A DNA stretch of 61,050 nucleotides from Syntrophaceae bacterium UBA5764 (GCA_002418825.1 DIEW01000042.1:5527-66576), one strand, 5' to 3'; shown: positions 1-10,083, counted from the first letter of the stretch. Translations and numbers: made by a program. The notes: generated from the letters alone by a model not told the origin.

Positions 1-1436
1 AATTCCACTTCGCGCGGCACCTTGTAGGAGGAGAGGTAAATCCGGCAATATCTAAGTATTTCTTTCTCTTCAACCGCCGCATTTTCCTTCAAAACAATCC
101 GCGCCAAAACAATTTCGCCGCGCATCAAATCTTTTTTGCCCACTACTTCAACCTCGCGCACCGCCGGATGCATGCTCAGAATATCCTCGATTTCCTTGGG
201 ATACACATTGAAGCCGCTGGTGATAATCATTCTTTTTTTCAGTCCGGTAAGAAAAACATAATCATCCTCATCCATCCGGCCCAGATCACCGGTGTGCAGC
301 CAGCCGTTTTTGATAACGGTGGCGGTGGCCGTATCATTCTTATAATAACCCGGCATCACATTGTCGCCTCTGACAATCAGCTCCCCTATCCGGCCGCGGG
401 GAAGCTCCTTTCCTTCTTCATCAACAATCTTTATCTCGGTGCCGGGAATGGCCTTGCCGATGGAGCCGGGCTTCTGCGGACGGTCCAGCATGTTGAAAGA
501 GCAGCAGGGAGAGGCTTCCGTCAACCCGTACCCTTCCACAATTTTCGCGCCGAATTTCTCCTCAAAAGGTTTAATAAATTCCGGCGGCATTGCGGCGCCA
601 CCGGTTACGCAGACATCTAAAGAACTTACATCAAAATTTGACACTCCTTCATGGAAAAACATTCCCAGATAAAGCCTGGGCACAGCGCAAATGTAACTTA
701 TCCTTTCTTTCTGGATAGCACCGAAAAGTCCGTCTATCGTGAATCTGTCCATCATCACCACACTGCAGCCGGTGCGAACGACGTTAATCATATTTACCGT
801 TGCGCCGAAAGAGTGAAACAGCGGAATCAAACAAAGTCCAATATCTTCATGCGTCCTTTTCACCACGGATGATATCAGTGTAGATTGAGAATAAAGATTA
901 CGATGCGTAAGAACCGCACCTAACAATTTACCGGTAAGCCCGGAAGTGTAAATTATCATCGCTGGGTCGTCAGGGTTTATTTCTTCGCTGATCTCGGGAA
1001 ATTTCCCGCCGGCCAAAACCCTTTTAAAGAGCGCCTTTTTATCGGGGGAATCTACCAGAATTAAACTTTTGCAGTTGGTAAGTTTATTCCGGATTTCTTC
1101 ATAACGCTTTCGCACCGTTTCCGTCGTGATTAAAACTTTCGCCTCGCTGTTTTCCAGCAAATAACTCAACTCGTAAGGCGTGGAGGAAGTGTTGAGCGGC
1201 ACAGCCACCGCTCCCAGTTTTACCGCTGCAAAATAACAGTAAAAAAACTCGGGAATATTGGGCAAAACCAAAGCCACTTTATCGCCTTTGACCACGCCTG
1301 CCTGATTTAAAATACCGGCCACGGCGTTGACGGCATGATTAAGCTCAACGTAACTGATTCGTTGATTTTCAAAAATAACGACCGGCCGGTCTCTGTATTT
1401 TTCGACAGAATCTTCTAGTAAATCCGCTAAGTTAAT
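1..1436 (-). CDS. AMP-dependent acyl-CoA synthetase/ligase (long-chain fatty-acid--CoA ligase family). The 3' end is cut by the window edge. It is absent from the ORF track because it has no stop inside the window.
   Basis: My own minus-strand translation from 1436 reads INLADLLEDSVEKYRDRPVVIFENQRISYVELNHAVNAVAGILNQAGVVKGDKVALVLPN... The AMP-binding motif is IIYTSGLTGKLLGAVLTHRN, followed by YGLTEASP and TGDLGRMDEDDYVFLTGLKKRMIITSGFNVYPKEIE. The frame stays open to base 1. An in-frame TGA lies at 1440-1442. Confidence 0.85.
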   Translation of the reverse strand, partial: MNLADLLEDSVEKYRDRPVVIFENQRISYVELNHAVNAVAGILNQAGVVKGDKVALVLPNIPEFFYCYFAAVKLGAVAVPLNTSSTPYELSYLLENSEAKVLITTETVRKRYEEIRNKLTNCKSLILVDSPDKKALFKRVLAGGKFPEISEEINPDDPAMIIYTSGLTGKLLGAVLTHRNLYSQSTLISSVVKRTHEDIGLCLIPLFHSFGATVNMINVVRTGCSVVMMDRFTIDGLFGAIQKERISYICAVPRLYLGMFFHEGVSNFDVSSLDVCVTGGAAMPPEFIKPFEEKFGAKIVEGYGLTEASPCCSFNMLDRPQKPGSIGKAIPGTEIKIVDEEGKELPRGRIGELIVRGDNVMPGYYKNDTATATVIKNGWLHTGDLGRMDEDDYVFLTGLKKRMIITSGFNVYPKEIEDILSMHPAVREVEVVGKKDLMRGEIVLARIVLKENAAVEEKEILRYCRIYLSSYKVPREVE

Positions 1437-1551
1437 GTCTCAAGAACCTCCGCACAAGTTAGGTCGTTTTTTAGCAAAAAACATCCTCTTTTTCAACAAT
1501 ATAATCAGGCCTTGTAACTTACTTAAATTATTGAAAGGAGGGGCGTTTGCG

Positions 1552-1571
1552 GCAAATTTTACAAAATTTGC
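1552..1571. promoter_or_regulatory. Operator-like inverted repeat GCAAATTTT-AC-AAAATTTGC upstream of the acyl-CoA ligase gene
   Basis: 9-bp perfect arms with a 2-bp centre in the 139-bp intergenic region. It is adjacent to a TTGACA hexamer on the minus strand (1579-1574). Confidence 0.35.
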
Positions 1572-1575
1572 ACTG

Positions 1576-2637
1576 TCAAACAACAATACTATCTTCCATT
1601 GTTTGCAAGGCGTCAATGACTTTGTCCGCGGATAAATTATCCAGGCACCTGCTGATACCGCGTCCATCACAGCCTTTCTGGTAGCAGGGGGAACAAGACA
1701 TGTCCGTCGAAACAACGTGATTTCGGGGGGCAGGCAAAACCCAATCACGCCAATCAGTCGGCCCGTAAACAGTCAGATTCCGCGTACCCACGGCAGCCGC
1801 TACATGGGGAGGGGCACTGTCCACGCCCATGTGCAGCTTGCTCATCTTGAGCAGCGCCGCCAGCTCCCGTAAATTCGTTCTTCCCGTCAGATTAATCATC
1901 GGAGAAGTAGCACCCGCAATTAATTTTTCCGCACGACTTTGTTCTTCTTTTGAACCCACAATAATCGCGGGCATTCGATATTGATGCCAGACAAATAACG
2001 CCACTTCGCGCCATTTATCCATTCCCCATTCCTTGTAAGGCCAACGCGAAAAAGGGCTGATGCTCACCCAAAAAGAACCGGGCGCCACTCCATGGGCGGC
2101 TAATAATTCCACTGCCTTTTTACGCGTTTCTTCAACGACAATAATCTGAGGCATATAAGTGATTTCTTTTATACCAAAGCCACGGACAATGCGCAAAGAT
2201 TGTTCGGCGGCGCCGTAGAACCTTTCCCGTGGCGGCGCCTCCTGCAGCAAGTGAGTAAACGCTTTGTCGCGCCAGAACCTGCCCGGATAATGCAGGGCGC
2301 ATTTCATCTTTGCTCCGGAAATAAAAGTCACCACCGTTCCCCGGTCATCGGCGCGCAGATCGAAGAGTAAATCAAATCTTTCCCGCCTTATATGCAGCAT
2401 CAATTTCACTTGCTGCCAGATATCGCTTATCTGAAAAACCTTACTTATAGATGGGTCATCCAGAAGAAAATCACCATATGGCTTCCTGGTTACAACAGAA
2501 AGCAGGGCTTCCGGAAAAGAGGCTTTTAGCGCCCTAAACGTGGGAATGGACCAGATAACATCACCAATATCTCCCAATTGTATGATTAAAATACTTTGGG
2601 GAGAAATATACAGTTTATGTTCGGGGGCAATCAACAT
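1576..2637 (-). CDS. Glycosyltransferase family 9 (ADP-heptose:LPS heptosyltransferase-like), acceptor unknown
   Basis: 353-aa ORF. The N-terminal LIIQLGDIGDVIWSIPTFRALK and C-terminal VDSAPPHVAAAVGTRNLTVYGPTD fit the GT9 pattern. Confidence 0.8.
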   Translation of the reverse strand: MLIAPEHKLYISPQSILIIQLGDIGDVIWSIPTFRALKASFPEALLSVVTRKPYGDFLLDDPSISKVFQISDIWQQVKLMLHIRRERFDLLFDLRADDRGTVVTFISGAKMKCALHYPGRFWRDKAFTHLLQEAPPRERFYGAAEQSLRIVRGFGIKEITYMPQIIVVEETRKKAVELLAAHGVAPGSFWVSISPFSRWPYKEWGMDKWREVALFVWHQYRMPAIIVGSKEEQSRAEKLIAGATSPMINLTGRTNLRELAALLKMSKLHMGVDSAPPHVAAAVGTRNLTVYGPTDWRDWVLPAPRNHVVSTDMSCSPCYQKGCDGRGISRCLDNLSADKVIDALQTMEDSIVV

Positions 2638-4536
2638 TTATAAAACTGATTTATTCTGATACGGAACGTATTCTTCAACAATCCGCTGAAGTTTCACTTT
2701 TATTTCTTTCGCATCGTGTTGCTCCGCCGCCTTAACCAAGCCATCAATTTTTTTATTCAGTTCTTCCTTGGCTCGCGGAAAATCTCCTGAACCGTTAAAT
2801 AAATGATTGGAGCGAAGAACCATGACTTTTTCGTGACCGGTGGGTAAAATATTTTCTCCTTCGGAAATAAGTTCTTCATACAACTTTTCACCATCACGTA
2901 AACCGGTATAAATAATCTTTATGTCGGTGTCCGGCTGCCGGCCGGAAAGACGAATCAGGTCGCGCGCCATATCAGCGATTTTAATCGGCGTTCCCATGCG
3001 CAAAACAAAAACTTCTCCGCCCCTGCCCATGGATCCTGCCTGCAAAATCATCTGCGCCGCCTCGGGAATCGTCATAAAATAGCGATTAATCTCGGGGTGG
3101 GTGACTGTCACCGGCCCCCCTCTTTCAATCTGGCGGCGGAACAACGGAACAACCGATCCGGAAGAACCAATGACATTGCCGAAGCGCACCGCCATCAGGT
3201 ACGTGCCGTTGCCACACAATGACTGCATGATTAATTCCGTCACTCTTTTACTCGCGCCCATCACATTTGTCGGGCGCACCGCCTTATCCGTCGATACCAG
3301 CACAAATTTCTCCACGCCGTGTTTAACAGACGTCTCCATGACAACGCGACTGCCGATGACATTATTAAAAACGGCCTCCCACGGATTTTTTTCCAGCATC
3401 GGAACATGTTTGTAGGCGGCGGCATGAAAAACCACTTCCGGTTTATACTTGCTGAAAATATCATCCATTAATTTCTCATCCTGAACAAGCCCCAAAATCG
3501 CCCGGCAATTACCGAAGGACCTTTCATCCTGTATCTCCATCTGAATGTGAAACAAATTCGCCTCACTGGCATCAAGCATCACAAGAAAACGAGGCTCGTA
3601 TTTAACAACCTGCCGGCACAATTCCGAACCGATAGAACCGCCGCAGCCCGTAATCAAAACAGTCCTGTTGGCAAGAAAATCATGAATACCGCCAACATCC
3701 AGATTTATCTCCGGACGACCCAAAATATCCTCGTATCTAATGTCCCGCAAAGCTTTTACGCTAACACGTCCATCAATAAGCTCGCTTAGTGAAGGCAATA
3801 CTTTATACGACATTTTGCACGCCATACAGGCATCGACGATATTTCTTAACTGTGAACCTGTTGCTGAAGGAATAGCTATAAATAATTCCGTTACCTTGTT
3901 TTTTCTTGTTATATGGGCAATATCCGCGACGCTTCCCAACACGCGCACACCATGAATCGACCAGCCGTGTTTTTGCGGATTATCATCAATAAGCCCCACC
4001 ACTTTATATTGTAATTGATAATTATTCAAAAGCTCCCGCAAAAGCTTTTCACCGGCATCGCCAGCTCCGATAACCAAAATGTTTTTACGGTCATGATAAG
4101 AAATACCGTTTTGCAAAGTTTTCCCGCGCAGGTAATAATTGCGGATGCCGAATCGCAATCCGCCTGTAAGTATAAACGTCAAAACTCCATCAATAACAAA
4201 AACAGAGCGGGAATATCCTTCAAAACGGCTCACATAAAGAATAACGGCCAGTATCAACAAAGACGACAAAAAACAGGCCCTTACCAGTTGCCACATATCC
4301 GCCAAACCCGTGTAGCGCCACATGCCCCGGTAGAGGTCAAAATAAAAAAAGATTAAACTTTTGAGAGGAACAACCCATAGCAGTAAAAATTTGACTTTTT
4401 CAACCCATTTAAAGGCAACAAGAGAAAGCTCAAAACGCAGCAGATGGGCGCCGATCAACGCAATGACAAAAATCAGCACGTCGCACAAAACCATGAAATA
4501 AAAATGAGGGTTTTTAAGCTGAGGATTTAGTGTCAT
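2638..4536 (-). CDS. Membrane-anchored nucleotide-sugar 4,6-dehydratase/epimerase of the CapD/WbpM/PglF type
   Basis: 632-aa ORF with a hydrophobic N-terminal third (about 4 TM segments). It has two Rossmann motifs (VIGAGDAGEKL and ITGCGGSIGSEL) and a YKHVPMLE catalytic region. It directly abuts the GT9 gene. Confidence 0.85.
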   Translation of the reverse strand: MTLNPQLKNPHFYFMVLCDVLIFVIALIGAHLLRFELSLVAFKWVEKVKFLLLWVVPLKSLIFFYFDLYRGMWRYTGLADMWQLVRACFLSSLLILAVILYVSRFEGYSRSVFVIDGVLTFILTGGLRFGIRNYYLRGKTLQNGISYHDRKNILVIGAGDAGEKLLRELLNNYQLQYKVVGLIDDNPQKHGWSIHGVRVLGSVADIAHITRKNKVTELFIAIPSATGSQLRNIVDACMACKMSYKVLPSLSELIDGRVSVKALRDIRYEDILGRPEINLDVGGIHDFLANRTVLITGCGGSIGSELCRQVVKYEPRFLVMLDASEANLFHIQMEIQDERSFGNCRAILGLVQDEKLMDDIFSKYKPEVVFHAAAYKHVPMLEKNPWEAVFNNVIGSRVVMETSVKHGVEKFVLVSTDKAVRPTNVMGASKRVTELIMQSLCGNGTYLMAVRFGNVIGSSGSVVPLFRRQIERGGPVTVTHPEINRYFMTIPEAAQMILQAGSMGRGGEVFVLRMGTPIKIADMARDLIRLSGRQPDTDIKIIYTGLRDGEKLYEELISEGENILPTGHEKVMVLRSNHLFNGSGDFPRAKEELNKKIDGLVKAAEQHDAKEIKVKLQRIVEEYVPYQNKSVL

Positions 4537-4660
4537 GCTTGTTTACACGTCTCCTGTGCCGAATGCCCTTAATTTTCCTGAGCAAAACAGTTTCTAACAC
4601 TTATATCATACAACACTGTTTCGGAAATTAAAATATATTATCACGTTGAAAACCAACCGA

Positions 4661-6571
4661 TTATTTCTTCGGCTCTGAAATCACTTTGCGTTTCAGCAAA
4701 AATGCCTCCAGTTTAGTAACGCATTCATCCACGGATGATTCCCGTGTATCAATTACTATTTCCGGTTGCTCAGGTTCTTCGTAGGGCGAATCAATTCCGG
4801 TAAACCCGGGAATTATGCCGCTCCTTGCTTTCTCATATAATCCATTCGGGTCACGCCTTTGGCATTCATCGAGGGAGCATTTAACATATATTTCTACGAA
4901 TCTACCCGGCGCCAACAAACTTTTTACAAAATTACGGTCCGCTCTAAACGGTGAAATAAACGTGCATAAAACAATGCTACCGTGCTCAAAAAACAGCTTT
5001 GCCGTTTCACCCGCCCGGCGGATGTTTTCTTTTCTGTCTGCAGGCGAAAAAGCCAGGTCCGAACATAAGCCATGGCGGATGATATCGCCGTCAAGCATCG
5101 CCGTTTTACAGCCGCGCTCAAATAAACGACGCTCGAGAGCCATAGCAATGGTTGATTTCCCCGCTCCGGAAAGGCCCGTGAACCAAAGTACCACAGCCTT
5201 ATGCCCGTTTTTCTGTTCCCGCTGGGCGAGTCCGATATGAGACTCACGCCAAACTGTGTGCGGCGATTTCTTTTGTTTCACGATCGCATCCGCAACGGGA
5301 GCAAGATAATCTTCCATATGCCTGGCGGCATCACGAATCATACCTGCAGCAACGGTCCTGTCGGTCAGCGGGTCAATCAAAATAAACCTGCCCGTGGCAT
5401 GGTTTATTTTATAGGGATCAAAAAACACCGGCGTGGCAAGCGTTATTTCCACACGGCCGATATCGTTTAACGAAAACATGTCAACATTGTCGCGGTGCAG
5501 CGTATTCACATCAATTCTGTACACGATGCTTTTTATAACCGCGCGCACCGACCTTGTCGTGTGTTTCATGATAAACGAAGTACCCGTTTTCATGGGATTA
5601 TCATCCATCCAGCAAATTATCGCTTCAAGTTTTGTTTCAATCTGCGGCAGGTTTTTCCGGCGAACAATCATATCGCCACGGCTGACATCGACTTCATCAT
5701 TCAGGGTAAGAACCACCGACTGCGGCGCGAAAGCCTCCTTAAGCTCGCCGTCATAAGTAACGATAGATTTAACGGAAGTTGTTTGACCGGACGGTAGTAC
5801 GACAACCTCTTCGGAAGGCGTGATCGTGCCCGAAACAATTTTTCCGGCAAACCCGCGAAAGTCAGCATTCGGTCTGACGACATACTGCACGGGAAAACGA
5901 AAATCCACCAGGTTTCTGTCCGCGGTGATGTTCAGATTTTCGAGATTATGAAGAAGCGTTGTTCCTTCATACCAAGACATTTTTTTGCTTTTAGAAACGA
6001 CATTATCCCCTTTCAACGCAGAAACGGGTATGTAAACGATGTCGTGAATATCAAGTTTCTGTGAAAATTCTTCATAATCGCTGACAATACACGAAAAAAC
6101 ATCCTGAGAATAATCGACCAAATCCATCTTATTTACGGCGACAATCAAATGCGGGATTTGCAATAACGAAATCAAAAAACCGTGCCTTTTGGATTGTGTC
6201 AAAACACCGTTGCGTGCGTCGATGAGAATAACGGCGCAATCCGCCTTGGAAGCGCCCGTCACCATGTTTCTGGTATATTGCACGTGCCCTGGCGAATCGG
6301 TAATTATATACTTTCTTTTTTCCGTCTCGAAATAACGGTAAGCCACATCAATGGTTATCCCCTGTTCGCGTTCCGCGGCCAAACCATCCAGAAGGTAGGC
6401 CAAATCAACTTCCTTGAAGCCTCTTTTCTTGGACGTTTTTTTTATCGCTTCATACTGATCTTCATAAATGGATTTCGTTTCATACAACAACCTGCCGATC
6501 AGCGTGGACTTGCCGTCGTCCACACTTCCTGTCGTAACAAAACGCAATAGAGATTTTTCGCCGGATTGCAT
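4661..6571 (-). CDS. cysNC: Bifunctional sulfate adenylyltransferase subunit 1 / adenylylsulfate (APS) kinase (CysN-CysC fusion, NodQ-like)
   Basis: 636 aa. The N-terminal GTPase has GSVDDGKSTLIGRLL, DSPGH and NKMDL. The C-terminal APS kinase has the P-loop VLWFTGLSGAGKSTIA. Its ATG overlaps the cysD stop (TGATG). Confidence 0.9.
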   Translation of the reverse strand: MQSGEKSLLRFVTTGSVDDGKSTLIGRLLYETKSIYEDQYEAIKKTSKKRGFKEVDLAYLLDGLAAEREQGITIDVAYRYFETEKRKYIITDSPGHVQYTRNMVTGASKADCAVILIDARNGVLTQSKRHGFLISLLQIPHLIVAVNKMDLVDYSQDVFSCIVSDYEEFSQKLDIHDIVYIPVSALKGDNVVSKSKKMSWYEGTTLLHNLENLNITADRNLVDFRFPVQYVVRPNADFRGFAGKIVSGTITPSEEVVVLPSGQTTSVKSIVTYDGELKEAFAPQSVVLTLNDEVDVSRGDMIVRRKNLPQIETKLEAIICWMDDNPMKTGTSFIMKHTTRSVRAVIKSIVYRIDVNTLHRDNVDMFSLNDIGRVEITLATPVFFDPYKINHATGRFILIDPLTDRTVAAGMIRDAARHMEDYLAPVADAIVKQKKSPHTVWRESHIGLAQREQKNGHKAVVLWFTGLSGAGKSTIAMALERRLFERGCKTAMLDGDIIRHGLCSDLAFSPADRKENIRRAGETAKLFFEHGSIVLCTFISPFRADRNFVKSLLAPGRFVEIYVKCSLDECQRRDPNGLYEKARSGIIPGFTGIDSPYEEPEQPEIVIDTRESSVDECVTKLEAFLLKRKVISEPKK

Positions 6572-7497
6572 CAGAAATATCCTTCTTTCTTTTTTTGTTC
6601 CATGGAGCTGTCGCTGGTCAAATCGATAACGCGGTTTTCCCGCTCCGATTTTTTGGCAGCATGCACTTCCGCGATGATTTCGTCATGCGTCTTTGCCTTG
6701 GAAGCGATTGCCCCTGTGCAGGGGATACAGCCAAGAGAACGAAAACGACATGTCATCACTTTTGTTTTTTGATCCGCAAATCTCTTTCGCGTTTCCTCGT
6801 CACCCACCGAGCAGGACGATAAAGGGATGAGGATACCGTCACGGATAATCACCTCGCGATCGGAGGCAAAGTAAATCGGCACAACGGGAATTTGTTCGAG
6901 TTTTATATATTGCCAGATATCTTTCTCTGTCCAGTTGCTGAGTGGAAAAACCCGCATGGTTTCTCCTTCGTTAAGACGCGTGTTATATATATCCCACAGC
7001 TCAGGGCGCTGATTTTTGGGGTCCCACTGGCCAAATAAATTACGCAGGGAAAACACCCTTTCTTTGGCGCGGGATTTTTCTTCTTCCCTTCTGGCGCCGC
7101 CGATGGCGGCGTCAAACCCATGCTTGCGCACGGCATCCAGAAGCGCGCCCGTCTTTAAATAAGAGCAACATTTATCCACACCCATTTTTAGCGGATGACA
7201 CCCCCGGGCAATCCATTCCTCATTTCTTTCCACAATGAGCGTTGCGCCAATTTTCCGGCAAAATTCATCCCGGAACTGATACATTTCCGGAAATTTATAA
7301 CCGGTATCAATATGCATCAGAGGAAAAGGGAATTTTCCGGGATAAAATGCTTTTTGAGCCAGCCTGACCATCACGCTGGAATCCTTCCCCACGGAATAAA
7401 GCATCACCGGATTTTTAAACTCCGCCGCCACTTCGCGCAGAATATCAATTGACTCCGCTTCGAGCTGACGTAAATAAGATAGGGAAAATGAATTCAT
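6571..7497 (-). CDS. cysD: Sulfate adenylyltransferase subunit 2 (CysD/NodP)
   Basis: PAPS-reductase-like ATP pyrophosphatase fold ([24 protein letters not shown]). I place the start at [23 protein letters not shown] (ATG 7497-7495), not at the 7590 ORF start, which would overlap pstB. The ATG lies 1 nt after the pstB stop. Confidence 0.9.
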   Translation of the reverse strand: MNSFSLSYLRQLEAESIDILREVAAEFKNPVMLYSVGKDSSVMVRLAQKAFYPGKFPFPLMHIDTGYKFPEMYQFRDEFCRKIGATLIVERNEEWIARGCHPLKMGVDKCCSYLKTGALLDAVRKHGFDAAIGGARREEEKSRAKERVFSLRNLFGQWDPKNQRPELWDIYNTRLNEGETMRVFPLSNWTEKDIWQYIKLEQIPVVPIYFASDREVIIRDGILIPLSSCSVGDEETRKRFADQKTKVMTCRFRSLGCIPCTGAIASKAKTHDEIIAEVHAAKKSERENRVIDLTSDSSMEQKKKEGYF

Positions 7498-7498
7498 G

Positions 7499-8302
7499 TT
7501 AACTAATTTCTCCGGTAATATAATCTTTTGTTTTTTTATCGCGCGGCTCAGTGAAAAATTGGCTGGCCAACTCATGCTCGACAAGATCACCCATGTAAAG
7601 AAAAATTATATAATCCGCCAGTCTCCTGGCCTGGCGAAGAATATGAGTAACGAAAATAATCGTATAGTTCTGCTTCAGAATTTTAAACTGCGTTTCCACA
7701 AGTTTTGCGGAAATTGGATCAAGGGCTGAAGTCGGTTCATCGGCAAGAATAATTTCAGGTTCAACAGAAAGAACTCGCGCCAGAGCCAAGCGTTGCTGTT
7801 GGCCTATCGATAATTTTGCCGCCGGAGCGTGCAGCCTGTCTTTCACCTCTTCCCAAAGACCGGCCAGGCTAAGGTAATGTTCTACGAGCAAATCCATCTC
7901 ACGTTTTTTTTCCTTTCGCCCCCCTCCCTCTTTGGAGAAGGCGGAAACGGTTTTAGCGATATCCAACCCATGGATTCGCGGGCCAAAGGCGACATTCTCA
8001 TAAATGGACATGGGCAGCGGATAAGGGTGCTGGGGCAGGAAACCGACCTTTTTTCTCAGACAGGTCACATCCGTCTCGGCATGATAAATGCTGGTTCCGT
8101 CAATGTAGATATCACCGGACACGGCAACGTCTTCGTTTAATTCCAGAAGTCTATTCATGCTCTTGAGCAACGTTGTTTTTCCGCAACCGGACGGGCCAAT
8201 GACGGCAATAATCTGACGTTCGGGAATTTCCAGACTGATATTTTTAAGAACTTCATGATTACCATACGAAACGGACAATTGTTTTACTTTTATCTTGGAC
8301 AT
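7499..8302 (-). CDS. pstB: Phosphate ABC transporter ATP-binding protein PstB (variant signature motif and an insertion)
   Basis: Walker A is [20 protein letters not shown] (PstB-type) and Walker B is ILADEP. The operon context is pstS-C-A-B. The signature reads LSIGQQQR rather than LSGGQ, and a Gly/Lys-rich insert [13 protein letters not shown] is present. Confidence 0.85.
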   Translation of the reverse strand: MSKIKVKQLSVSYGNHEVLKNISLEIPERQIIAVIGPSGCGKTTLLKSMNRLLELNEDVAVSGDIYIDGTSIYHAETDVTCLRKKVGFLPQHPYPLPMSIYENVAFGPRIHGLDIAKTVSAFSKEGGGRKEKKREMDLLVEHYLSLAGLWEEVKDRLHAPAAKLSIGQQQRLALARVLSVEPEIILADEPTSALDPISAKLVETQFKILKQNYTIIFVTHILRQARRLADYIIFLYMGDLVEHELASQFFTEPRDKKTKDYITGEIS

Positions 8303-8308
8303 AACTCC

Positions 8309-9157
8309 TTATCTCACTATATTTTTTGAAAACCGCCAGCCTAACAGCCGGGCAATCACATTTATAACCATTACAATAAAAAGCAAAATTAATGCCGCCG
8401 CGAAAGCCCTGGCCTGCACTTCCGGCACCGGCGTCCCCACCTGAAAGAATACGGCCAGCGGCAGAGAAGCGACCGGATCCAGCAAGGAAGAAGGAATCTC
8501 ATCCGTATAGCCGGCAGTAAAAAGAATGGACGCGGCATCACCGATGCCACGTCCAAAAGCAAGAATAATTGCGGTAAAAATCCCGGGCAGCGCCTGTTTG
8601 AGCACAACGGCGAAAGTCGTTTCCATCCTTGTCGTTCCCAAAGCATAAGCCATCTCTTTCAACTCAAAAGGCACCAAACGGATTGTTTCATCCATGGCGC
8701 GGGTCATAATCGGGATCATGAGCAAAGTCAAGACGATTATTCCTCCGAGAAGAGAAGCCCGCAGCCCCAAAAAGACCATAACGACAAAACCAAAGGCGCC
8801 GTAAACAATCGACGGTGTGCCCCAGAGAATATCAAGAATCAAGCGGGTAAAATCAGCAAAACGTTTGCCCAGATATTCTTTTTGGAGGGCAAGGGCGACG
8901 GGAAGGCTGATGACAAAGGCTAAAAACGTAGCGCCCGCCATCAGGTAGAGGGAACCCACAATAGCGTTGGCGATGCCACCTTCTTTGCCCAGATAATAAC
9001 CTCCTTTGGGTGTATCGATGATCATGGATAAATTGAGAGACGACAAACCTTTTACGGTGACCACGAGAATAATTCCCGCCAATACCGCAAAGACCAGAAA
9101 AAGGGCAATAAACATCATACCTTTGAAAATATTTTCTTCCAGCTTTCTGCGTTTCAT
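8309..9157 (-). CDS. pstA: Phosphate ABC transporter permease PstA
   Basis: 282-aa polytopic permease with an EAA-like loop (AMDETIRLVPFELKEMAYALG). It sits between pstC and pstB and overlaps pstC by 4 nt. Confidence 0.8.
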   Translation of the reverse strand: MKRRKLEENIFKGMMFIALFLVFAVLAGIILVVTVKGLSSLNLSMIIDTPKGGYYLGKEGGIANAIVGSLYLMAGATFLAFVISLPVALALQKEYLGKRFADFTRLILDILWGTPSIVYGAFGFVVMVFLGLRASLLGGIIVLTLLMIPIMTRAMDETIRLVPFELKEMAYALGTTRMETTFAVVLKQALPGIFTAIILAFGRGIGDAASILFTAGYTDEIPSSLLDPVASLPLAVFFQVGTPVPEVQARAFAAALILLFIVMVINVIARLLGWRFSKNIVR

Positions 9158-10056
9158 CGATCCATCAATTCTCCCATCTTAAGAAGCGTGTAATGAGCGG
9201 TGAGGCTGAATATGGTCACAACAAGCATCAGAATCAGCGCCGCAGACATCAGCGCCGCATCATACAAAGGAATGGACATCACCTCGCCGTAATTATTGGC
9301 AATCAGTGCTGGCAGGGGATAAGCCGGATCAAAAATTGAGGAGGGTATCTGGGCAACGTTACCGACAACCATCAATACAGCCATTGTTTCGCCGAAGGCA
9401 CGGGCAAAACCCAAAACAACCGCCGAAATCAGCCCTGCTCTGGCTTTTTTCAAAACGACATGTTTAATCGCTTCCCACTTGGTGGCTCCCAGCGCCAGAG
9501 CGCTCTCCCTTAAAGGTTCGGGAACCATCCTCAATACTTCTACGGAAATCGAAACAATAAAAGGTATGACCATAACAGCCAGAACAATTCCACCGGACAA
9601 AAGACTGTAACCAGTGGTTTGAATACCGACAAGCTCTCCGACAAATCCTACAAAAGGAACAACCACCAGAATGCCGCACAGGCCATAAACAACGGATGGA
9701 ATTCCCGCGAGAATATCTATGACAAAACGGGCAATTTCCCTAAAGCTCCTTCTGGCATATTCAGATAGGTAAATAGCAACAAGCATACAAATGGGCAAAG
9801 CAATCAGCATGGCCAGCAAGGTTACCTCCAGCGTGCCAATGATAAAAGGAAACAGACCGAATTCATTTTTCATCGGGTGCCAGGATGAGGAAAACAGCAA
9901 TTCCTGCAGTGAAACCATACCGAGAATCGGTCTGGCCTTTAAAATCAGACCGCAAAATATTAACAGCGCCAGAAAGTTGATAAAAATCAGGAAACCGCGA
10001 GCGGAAACCACCGTAATCAAATCTTTGATTCTTCTTTTATTTGGCCAACTACTCAT
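9154..10056 (-). CDS. pstC: Phosphate ABC transporter permease PstC
   Basis: 300-aa polytopic permease with an EAA-like loop (VPEPLRESALALGATKWE). It lies immediately downstream of pstS. Confidence 0.8.
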   Translation of the reverse strand: MSSWPNKRRIKDLITVVSARGFLIFINFLALLIFCGLILKARPILGMVSLQELLFSSSWHPMKNEFGLFPFIIGTLEVTLLAMLIALPICMLVAIYLSEYARRSFREIARFVIDILAGIPSVVYGLCGILVVVPFVGFVGELVGIQTTGYSLLSGGIVLAVMVIPFIVSISVEVLRMVPEPLRESALALGATKWEAIKHVVLKKARAGLISAVVLGFARAFGETMAVLMVVGNVAQIPSSIFDPAYPLPALIANNYGEVMSIPLYDAALMSAALILMLVVTIFSLTAHYTLLKMGELMDR

Positions 10057-10083
10057 ATCCGGGAATAACTCTTTCTCTTTGTT

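Noticed and set aside
1-6. The window begins AATTC, which could be an EcoRI half-site or cloning junction
   Set aside because: A 5-nt match at an arbitrary window boundary is expected by chance, and the reading frame continues normally. I draw no inference from it.
168-872. Plus-strand ORFs 168-620, 361-672 and 651-872 from the track
   Set aside because: They lie antisense to a continuous, motif-rich acyl-CoA ligase frame on the minus strand (1-1436). Their products are low-complexity with no recognisable motifs, so they are shadow ORFs.
4585-4621. Hairpin AAACAGT-N23-ACTGTTT after cysNC as a terminator
   Set aside because: It has only a 7-bp A/T-rich stem with a 23-nt loop and no U-tract, which is too weak to call.
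6571-7590. N-terminally extended ORF versions of cysD (to 7590), lpxK (to 40996), waaF (to 39082), bamA (to 50953), pstS (to 11112), waaC (to 37284) and GT4 (from 25451)
   Set aside because: The extensions overlap the upstream gene by tens to hundreds of nt and add non-conserved, basic or odd sequence. Internal ATGs give family-typical N-termini and ATGA/TGATG-type coupling or a good SD.
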